DNA of 64,000 bases from Eledone cirrhosa. Its lineage: Eukaryota. The notes below the pieces were generated by a model. It was not told where the DNA came from. It did no database searches and worked only from the letters and a program-made list of their open reading frames with translations. Made by a program: the position numbers and the translations under genes. Numbering within the stretch: the first letter of the stretch is position 1; each line of letters begins with the position of its first letter. The DNA lies in contig OZ024744.1 in assembly GCA_964016885.1 (NCBI GenBank), positions 25,172,001 through 25,236,000 of the forward strand, written 5' to 3'. Positions 54,001 to 64,000 of the stretch are shown in pieces.

Positions 54001-57000
54001 TCTCTAGTGTACCAGCTCTATTGTCTCAATGTACCAGGTCTACAGTCACTAGTGTACCAACTCTACTGTCTCTACTGTACCAGCTCTATTGTCTCAAGTG
54101 TACCAACTCTACAGTCTCTAATGTACTAGCTCAAGTGTCACTAGTGTACCAGCTCGACTATCTCTAGTGTAGCAACTCTACTGTCTCTAATGTACCTGCT
54201 CTATTGTCTCTAGTGTACCAGCTCTACTGTCTCTAGTGTACCAAATATGCTGTCTCTAGTGTACCAGCCCTAGTGTCTCTAGTGTACCAGCTCTACTGTC
54301 TCTAGTGTACCAGCTCTATTGTGTCTGGTGTACCAGCTCTACTCTCTCTAGTGTAGCAGCTCACTGTCTCTAGTGTACCAGCATTATTGTCTCTACTTGT
54401 GCCAGCTCCACTTACTCTAGTGTACCAGCTCTATTGTCTCTAGTGTACCAGCTCTATTGTCTCTAGTGTACCAGCTCTATTGTCTCTAGTGTACCAGCTC
54501 CACTGTCACTAGTGTACCAGCTCTACTTTTTCTAGTGTACAAGCTCCACTGTCACTAGTGTACCAGCTCAAATCTTTCTAGTGTACCAGCTCTACTGTCT
54601 CTAGTGTACCAGCTCTATTGTCTCTAGTGTACCAGCTCTATTGTCTCTAGTGTACCAGTTCCACTGTCACAAGTGTACCAGCTCTACTTTTTCTAGTGTA
54701 CAAGCTCTACTGTCTCTAGTGTACCAGCTCTATTGTCACTAGTGTACCAGCTCCACTTTCTCTAGTGTACCAACTCTATTGTCTCTAGTGTACCAGCTCT
54801 ATTGTCTCTAGTGTACCAGCTCCACTGTCACAAGTGTACCAGCTCTACTTTTTCTAGTGTACAAGCTCTACTGTCTCTAGTGTACCAGCTCTATTGTCAC
54901 TAGTGTACCAGCTCCACTTTCTCTAGTGTACCAACTCTACTGTCTCTAGTGTACCAGCCACACTGTCTCTAGTGTACCAGCTCTACAGTCTCTAGTGTAC
55001 CAGCTCCACTGTTTCTAGTGTACCAGATCTACTGTGTATAGTGTACCAGATCTATTGTCTCTAGTGTACCAATTCTACTGTCTGTAGTTTACCAGCTCCA
55101 TTTTCTCTAATGTACCAGCTCTGCTGCCTCTAGTCTAGCAGATCTATTGTCTCTAGTGTACCAGCTCTACTGTCTCTAGTGTACCAACTCTACTGTCTCT
55201 AGTGTACCAGCTCTAGTCTCTCTGGTGTACCAGCTCGACTATCTCTAGTGTAGCAACACTACAGTCAGTAGTGTACCAACTCTACTGTCTCTACTGTATC
55301 AGCTCTATTGTCTCTAGTGTACCAACTCTACTGTCTCTAGTGTACCAGCTCTACTGTCTCTATTGTACCAGCTCTACTGTCTCTCGTGTACCAGCTCCAT
55401 CGTATCTAGTGTACCAACTCTACTGTCTCTAGTGTACCAGTTCTATTGTCTCTAGTGTACCAGCTCTACTGTCTCTAGTGTACCAGCTCTACTGTCTCTA
55501 GTGTAATCAGCTCTATTGTCTCTAGTGTACCAACTCTACTGTCTCTACTGTACCAGCTCTATTGTCTCTAGTGTACCAGCTCTACTGTCTCTAGTGTAAT
55601 CAGCTCTATTGTCTCTAGTGTACCAGCTCTACTGTCTCTAGTGTATCAGCTCTATTGTCTCTAGTGTACCAGCTCTATTGTCTCTAGTGTACCAGCTGTA
55701 TTGTGTGTAGTGTACCAGCTCTACTATCACTAGTGTACCAGCTCCACTATCTCTAGTGTACCAACTCTACTGTGTCTAGTGTACCAGCTCTACTGTATCT
55801 AGTGTACCAGCTCTATTGTCTCTAGTGTACCAGCTACACTGTCTCTGGTGTACCAGCACTACAGTCTCTAGTGTACAAGGTCCACTGTTCTCTAGTGTAC
55901 CATCTCCACTGTCACTAGTGTACCAGCTCTACTGTCTCTCGTGTACCAACTCTACTGTCTCTAATGTACCAGCCACACTGTATCTAGTGTACCTGCTCTA
56001 CAGTCTCTAGTTTACCAGCTCCAGAGTTTCTAGTGCACCAAATCTACTGTGTCTAGTGTACCAGCTCTATTGTCTCTAATGTACCAGGTCTGCTGCCTCT
56101 AGTGTACCAGATCTAATGTATCTAGTGTACCAGCTCTACTGTCTCTAGTGTACCAGCTCTACTGTCTCTAGTGTACCAACTCTACTGTCTGTAGTGTTCC
56201 AGCTCTATTGTCTCTAGTATACCAACTCTACTGTCTCTAGTGTACCAGCTCAAGTGTCACTAGTGTACCAGCTCCACTGTCTCTAGTGTACCAACTCTGC
56301 TGTCTCTAGTGTACCAGCTCTACTGTCTCTAGTGTACCAGCTCTACTGTCTCTCGCGTACCAGCTCCATTGTATCTAGTGTACCAACTCTACTGTCTCTA
56401 GTGTACCAGCTCTATTGTCTCTAGTGTACCAGCTCTACTATCACTAGTGTACCAGCTCCACTATCTCTAGTGTACCAACTCTACTGTGTCTAGTGTACCA
56501 GCTCTACTGTGTCTAGTGTACCAGCTCCACTGTCTGTAGTGTACCAGCTCTACTGTGTCGAGTGTACCAGCTCTATTGTCTCTAGTGTACCAGCCACACT
56601 GTCTCTAGTGTACCAGCACTATAGTCTCTAGTGTACAAGGTCCACTGTTCTCTAGTGTACCAGCTCAAATCTTTCTAGTGTACCAGCTCCACTGTCTCTA
56701 TTGTACCAGCTCTATTGTCTTTAGTGTACAAGTTCTATTGTCTCTAGTGTACCAGCTCTATTGTCTCTAGTGTACCAGCTCCACTGTCACTAGTGTTCCA
56801 GCTCTACTTTATCTAGTGTACAAGCTCTATTGTCTCTAGTGTACCAGCTCTATTGTCTCTAGTGTACCAGCTCCACTGTCACTAGTGTACCAGCTCTACT
56901 TTTTCTAGTGTACAAGCTCCACTGTCACTAGTGTACCAGCTCAAATCTTTCTAGTGTACCAGCTCTACTGTCTCTAGTGTACCAGCTCTATTGTCTCTAG

Positions 57001-60000
57001 TGTACCAGCTCTATTGTCTCTAGTGTACCAGCTCCATTGTCACTAGTGTACCAGCTCTACTTTTTCTAGTGTACAAGCTCTACTGTCTCTAGTGTACCAG
57101 CTCTATTGTCACTAGTGTACCAGCTCCACTTTCTCTAGTGTACCAACTCTACTGTCTCTAGTGTACCAGCCACACTGTCTCTAGTGTACCAGCTCTACAG
57201 TCTCTAGTGTACCAGCTCCACTGTTTCTAGTGTACCAGATCTACTGTGTATAGTGTACCAGCTCTATTGTCTCTAATTTACCAGCTCTGCTGCCTCTAGT
57301 GTACCAGATCTATTGTCTCTAGTGTACCAATTCTACTGTCTGTAGTGTACCAGCTCCATTTTCTCTAATGTACCAGCTCTGCTGCCTCTAGTCTAGCAGA
57401 TCTATTGTCTCTAGTGTACCAGCTCTACTGTCTCTAGTGTACCAACTCTACTGTCTCTAGTGTACCAGCTCTAGTCTCTCTAGTGTACCAGCTCGACTAT
57501 CTCTAGTGTAGCAACACTACAGTCAGTAGTGTACCAACTCTACTGTCTCTACTGTATCAGCTCTACTGTCTCTAGTGTACCAGCTCTACTGTCTCTCGTG
57601 TACCAGCTCCATTGTATCTAGTGTACCAACTCTACTGTCTGTAGTGTACCAGCTCCATTATCTCTAATGTACCAGCTCTGCTGCCTCTAGTCTACCAGAT
57701 CTATTGTCTCTAGTGTACCAGCTCTACTGTCTCTAGTGTACCAACTCTACTGTCTCTAGTGTACCAGCTCTAGTGTCTCTAGTGAACCAGCTCGACTATC
57801 TCTAGTGTAGCAACTCTACAGTCACTAGTGTACCAACACTACTGTCTCTACTGTACCAGCTCTACTGTCTCTCGTGTACCAGCTCCATTGTATCTAGTGT
57901 ACCAACTCTACTGTCTCTAGTGTACCAGTTCTATTGTCTCTAGTGTACCAGCTCAACTCTCTCTAGTGTACCAACTCTACTGTCTCTAGTGAACCAGCTC
58001 TACTGTCTCTAGTGTACCAGCTCTACTGTCTCTAGTGTAATCAGCTCTATTGTCTCTAGTGTACCAACTCTACTGTCTCTAGTGTACCAGCTCTAGTGTC
58101 TCTAGTGAACCAGCTCGACTATCTCTAGTGTAGCAACTCTACAGTCACTAGTGTACCAACACTACTGTCTCTACTGTACCAGCTCTACTGTCTCTCGTGT
58201 ACCAGCTCCATTGTATCTAGTGTACCAACTCTACAGTCTCTAGTGTACCAGTTCTATTGTCTCTAGTGTACCAGCTCAACTCTCTCTAGTGTACCAACTC
58301 TACTGTCTCTAGTGAACCAGCTCTACTGTCTCTAGTGTACCAAATATGCTGTCTCTAGTGTACCAGCCCTAGTGTCTCTAGTGTACCAGCTCTACTGTCT
58401 CTAGTGTACCAGCTCTATTGTGTCTGGTGTACCAGCTCTACTCTCTCTAGTGTAGCAGCTCACTGTCTCTAGTGTACCAGCATTATTGTCTCTACTTGTG
58501 CCAGCTCCACTTACTCTAGTGTACCAGCTCTATTGTCTCTAGTGTACCAGCTCTATTGTCTCTAGTGTACCAGCTCTATTGTCTCTAGTGTACCAGCTCC
58601 ACTGTCACTAGTGTACCAGCTCTACTTTTTCTAGTGTACAAGCTCCACTGTCACTAGTGTACCAGCTCAAATCTTTCTAGTGTACCAGCTCTACTGTCTC
58701 TAGTGTACCAGCTCTATTGTCTCTAGTGTACCAGCTCTATTGTCTCTAGTGTACCAGTTCCACTGTCACAAGTGTACCAGCTCTACTTTTTCTAGTGTAC
58801 AAGCTCTACTGTCTCTAGTGTACCAGCTCTATTGTCACTAGTGTACCAGCTCCACTTTCTCTAGTGTACCAACTCTATTGTCTCTAGTGTACCAGCTCTA
58901 TTGTCTCTAGTGTACCAGCTCCACTGTCACAAGTGTACCAGCTCTACTTTTTCTAGTGTACAAGCTCTACTGTCTCTAGTGTACCAGCTCTATTGTCACT
59001 AGTGTACCAGCTCCACTTTCTCTAGTGTACCAACTCTACTGTCTCTAGTGTACCAGCCACACTGTCTCTAGTGTACCAGCTCTACAGTCTCTAGTGTACC
59101 AGCTCCACTGTTTCTAGTGTACCAGATCTACTGTGTATAGTGTACCAGATCTATTGTCTCTAGTGTACCAATTCTACTGTCTGTAGTTTACCAGCTCCAT
59201 TTTCTCTAATGTACCAGCTCTGCTGCCTCTAGTCTAGCAGATCTATTGTCTCTAGTGTACCAGCTCTACTGTCTCTAGTGTACCAACTCTACTGTCTCTA
59301 GTGTACCAGCTCTAGTCTCTCTGGTGTACCAGCTCGACTATCTCTAGTGTAGCAACACTACAGTCAGTAGTGTACCAACTCTACTGTCTCTACTGTATCA
59401 GCTCTATTGTCTCTAGTGTACCAACTCTACTGTCTCTAGTGTACCAGCTCTACTGTCTCTATTGTACCAGCTCTACTGTCTCTCGTGTACCAGCTCCATC
59501 GTATCTAGTGTACCAACTCTACTGTCTCTAGTGTACCAGTTCTATTGTCTCTAGTGTACCAGCTCTACTGTCTCTAGTGTACCAGCTCTACTGTCTCTAG
59601 TGTAATCAGCTCTATTGTCTCTAGTGTACCAACTCTACTGTCTCTACTGTACCAGCTCTATTGTCTCTAGTGTACCAGCTCTACTGTCTCTAGTGTAATC
59701 AGATCTATTGTCTCTAGTGTACCAGCTCTACTGTCTCTAGTGTATCAGCTCTATTGTCTCTAGTGTACCAGCTCTATTGTCTCTAGTGTACCAGCTGTAT
59801 TGTGTGTAGTGTACCAGCTCTACTATCACTAGTGTACCAGCTCCACTATCTCTAGTGTACCAACTCTACTGTGTCTAGTGTACCAGCTCTACTGTATCTA
59901 GTGTACCAGCTCTATTGTCTCTAGTGTACCAGCTACACTGTCTCTGGTGTACCAGCACTACAGTCTCTAGTGTACAAGGTCCACTGTTCTCTAGTGTACC

Positions 60001-63000
60001 ATCTCCACTGTCACTAGTGTACCAGCTCTACTGTCTCTCGTGTACCAACTCTACTGTCTCTAATGTACCAGCCACACTGTATCTAGTGTACCTGCTCTAC
60101 AGTCTCTAGTTTACCAGCTCCAGAGTTTCTAGTGCACCAAATCTACTGTGTCTAGTGTACCAGCTCTATTGTCTCTAATGTACCAGGTCTGCTGCCTCTA
60201 GTGTACCAGATCTAATGTATCTAGTGTACCAGCTCTACTGTCTCTAGTGTACCAGCTCTACTGTCTCTAGTGTACCAACTCTACTGTCTGTAGTGTTCCA
60301 GCTCTATTGTCTCTAGTATACCAACTCTACTGTCTCTAGTGTACCAGTTCAAGTGTCACTAGTGTACCAGCTCCACTGTCTCTAGTGTACCAACTCTGCT
60401 GTCTCTAGTGTACCAGCTCTACTGTCTCTAGTGTACCAGCTCTACTGTCTCTCGCGTACCAGCTCCATTGTATCTAGTGTACCAACTCTACTGTCTCTAG
60501 TGTACCAGCTCTATTGTCTCTAGTGTACCAGCTCTACTATCACTAGTGTACCAGCTCCACTATCTCTAGTGTACCAACTCTACTGTGTCTAGTGTACCAG
60601 CTCTACTGTGTCTAGTGTACCAGCTCCACTGTCTGTAGTGTACCAGCTCTACTGTGTCGAGTGTACCAGCTCTATTGTCTCTAGTGTACCAGCCACACTG
60701 TCTCTAGTGTACCAGCACTATAGTCTCTAGTGTACAAGGTCCACTGTTCTCTAGTGTACCAGCTCAAATCTTTCTAGTGTACCAGCTCCACTGTCTCTAT
60801 TGTACCAGCTCTATTGTCTTTAGTGTACAAGTTCTATTGTCTCTAGTGTACCAGCTCTATTGTCTCTAGTGTACCAGCTCCACTGTCACTAGTGTTCCAG
60901 CTCTACTTTATCTAGTGTACAAGCTCTATTGTCTCTAGTGTACCAGCTCTATTGTCTCTAGTGTACCAGCTCCACTGTCACTAGTGTACCAGCTCTACTT
61001 TTTCTAGTGTACAAGCTCCACTGTCACTAGTGTACCAGCTCAAATCTTTCTAGTGTACCAGCCCTACTGTCTCTAGTGTACCAGCTCTATTGTCTCTAGT
61101 GTACCAGCTCTATTGTCTCTAGTGTACCAGCTCCATTGTCACTAGTGTACCAGCTCTACTTTTTCTAGTGTACAAGCTCTACTGTCTCTAGTGTACCAGC
61201 TCTATTGTCACTAGTGTACCAGCTCCACTTTCTCTAGTGTACCAACTCTACTGTCTCTAGTGTACCAGCCACACTGTCTCTAGTGTACCAGCTCTACAGT
61301 CTCTAGTGTACCAGCTCCACTGTTTCTAGTGTACCAGATCTACTGTGTATAGTGTACCAGCTCTATTGTCTCTAATTTACCAGCTCTGCTGCCTCTAGTG
61401 TACCAGATCTATTGTCTCTAGTGTACCAATTCTACTGTCTGTAGTGTACCAGCTCCATTTTCTCTAATGTACCAGCTCTGCTGCCTCTAGTCTAGCAGAT
61501 CTATTGTCTCTAGTGTACCAGCTCTACTGTCTCTAGTGTACCAACTCTACTGTCTCTAGTGTACCAGCTCTAGTCTCTCTAGTGTACCAGCTCGACTATC
61601 TCTAGTGTAGCAACACTACAGTCAGTAGTGTACCAACTCTACTGTCTCTACTGTATCAGCTCTACTGTCTCTAGTGTACCAGCTCTACTGTCTCTCGTGT
61701 ACCAGCTCCATTGTATCTAGTGTACCAACTCTACTGTCTGTAGTGTACCAGCTCCATTATCTCTAATGTACCAGCTCTGCTGCCTCTAGTCTACCAGATC
61801 TATTGTCTCTAGTGTACCAGCTCTACTGTCTCTAGTGTACCAACTCTACTGTCTCTAGTGTACCAGCTCTAGTGTCTCTAGTGAACCAGCTCGACTATCT
61901 CTAGTGTAGCAACTCTACAGTCACTAGTGTACCAACACTACTGTCTCTACTGTACCAGCTCTACTGTCTCTCGTGTACCAGCTCCATTGTATCTAGTGTA
62001 CCAACTCTACTGTCTCTAGTGTACCAGTTCTATTGTCTCTAGTGTACCAGCTCAACTCTCTCTAGTGTACCAACTCTACTCTCTCTAGTGAACCAGCTCT
62101 ACTGTCTCTAGTGTACCAGCTCTACTGTCTCTAGTGTAATCAGCTCTATTGTCTCTAGTGTACCAACTCTACTGTCTCTAGTGTACCAGCTCTATTGTCT
62201 CTAGTGTACCAGCTCTTCTGTCACCAGTGTACCAACTCTATTGTCTCTAGTGTACCAGCTCTACAGTCTCTAGTGTACCAGCTCCACTGTTTCTAGTGTA
62301 CCAGATCTACTGTGTATAATGTACCAGCTGTATTGTCTCTAATTTACTAGCTCTGCTCCTTTAGTGTACCAGATCTATTGTCTCTAGTGTACCAACTCTA
62401 CTGTCTGTAGTGTACCAGCTCCATTATCTCTAATGTACCAGCTCTGCTGCCTCTAGTCTACCAGATCTATTTTCTCTAGTGTACCAGCTCTACTGTCTCT
62501 AGTGTACCAACTCTACTGTCTCTAGTGTACCAGCTCTAGTGTCTCTAGTGAACCAGCTCGACTATCTCTAGTGTAGCAACTCTACAGTCACTAGTGTACC
62601 AACTCTACTGTCTCTACTGTATCAGCTCTATTGTCCCTAGTGTACCAACTCTACTGTCTCTAGTGTACCAGCTCAAGTGTCACTAGTGTACCAGCTCAGC
62701 TATCTCTAGTGTACCAGCTCTACTGTCTCAAGTGTACCAAATATGCTGTCTCTAATGTACCAGCCCTAGTGTCTCTAGTGTACCAGCTCTACTGTCTCTA
62801 GTGTACCAGCTCTATTGTGTCTAGTGTACCAGCTCTACTATCTCTAGTGTACCAACTCTATTGTCTCTAGTGTACCAGCTCTTGTGTCTCTAGTCTACCA
62901 GCACTACTGTCTTTAGTGTACCAGCTCTTGTGTCTCTAGTGTACCAGCTCTTCTGTTTCTAGTGTACCACTCTACTGTCTCTAGTGTAGCAGCTCCACTG

Positions 63001-64000
63001 TCACTAGTGTACCAGCTCCACTGTCTTTAGTGTACCAACTCAACTGCCTCTAGTGTACCAACTCCACTGTCTCTAGTGTACCAGCTCTTCTGTCACCAGT
63101 GTACCAACTATATTGTCTCTAGTGTACCAGCTCTACTATCACTAGTGTACCAGCTCCACAATCTCTAGTGTACCAACTCTACTGTCTGTAGTGTACTAGC
63201 TCTACTGTGTCTAGTGTACCAGATCTATTGTCTCTAGTATACCAGCTCTATTGTCTCTAGTGTACCAGCCACACTGTCTCTGGTGAACCAGCACTACAGT
63301 ATCTAGTGTACAAGGTCCACTGTTCTCTAGTGTACCAGCTCAAATCTTTCTAGTGTACCAGCTCTACTGTCTCTAGTGTACCAGCTCTATTGTCTCTAGT
63401 GTACAAGCTCTATTGTCTCTAGTGTACCAGGTCCACTGTCTCTTGTGTTCCAACTCTATTGTCTCTAGTGTACCAGCGCCATTGTCTCTAGTGTACAAGC
63501 TTTACTGTCTCTAGAGTACCAGCTCCACTGTCACTAGTGTGCCAGCTCTAGTTTTTCTAGTATACAAGCTCTACTGTCTCTAGTGTACCAGCTCTATTGT
63601 CACTAGTGTACCAGCTCCACTTTCTCTAGTGTACCAGCTCTACTGTCTCTCGTGTACCAGCTCTACAACCTCTAGTGTACCAGCCACACTGTCTCTAGTG
63701 TACCAGCTCTACAGTCTCTAGTGTACCAGCTCCAATGTTTCTAGTGTACCACATCTAGTGTGTATAGTGTACCAGCTCTATTGTCTCTAATTTACCAGCT
63801 CTGCTGCCTCTAGTGTACCAGATCTATTGTTTCTAGTGTACAAACTCTACTGTCCGTAGTGTACCAGCTCCATTTTCTCTAATGTACCAGCTCTGCTGCC
63901 TCTAGTCTACCAGATCTAGTGTCTCTAATGTACCAACTCTACTGTCTCTAGTGTACCAGCTCAAGTGTCACTAGTGTACCAGCTCGACTATCTCAAGTGT
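21032..64000. repeat. 23-bp satellite DNA array (consensus TAGTGTACCAGCTCTACTGTCTC), ~1,870 monomers, continues past window end
   Basis: Period 23 (for example TAG at 21061 and 21084). Single orientation, occasional 22- and 24-bp variants, multi-kb duplicated blocks. Confidence 0.99.

Noticed and set aside
21032-64000. Satellite as CRISPR or repeat-protein gene (ORFs at 34895, 40789, 43507, 48525, 53629, 55816, 59915)
   Set aside because: There are no unique spacers. ORFs arise only where variants remove the CTAG stop, and they repeat with the duplicated blocks.

Overview
Eukaryotic, gene-poor, repeat-dominated DNA. The SINE families look like those of octopus/cephalopods (inference). Bases 1-21,000 are a nest of retroelements within (TA)n, (CA)n and (CT)n tracts: two disrupted Penelope-like elements (PLEs), 3' fragments of CRE-, RTE- and CR1-group LINEs, tRNA-derived SINEs, a hAT MITE and a local duplication. 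Bases ~21,030-64,000 are one uninterrupted 23-bp satellite with multi-kb, near-identical higher-order blocks. No intact protein-coding gene is supported. The most interesting signal is non-coding. Three clean type I hammerhead ribozyme motifs lie at 1865-1902 (+), 13338-13382 (-) and 16738-16780 (+), and two of them carry the compensatory U3-A8 core. A further atypical hammerhead family is present in three copies. These motifs sit in short PLE-terminal or retrozyme-like inserts that end in (TA)n and have fold-back or inverted 5' ends. All motifs were read by eye; nothing was searched or computationally folded, and boundaries marked ~ are approximate.
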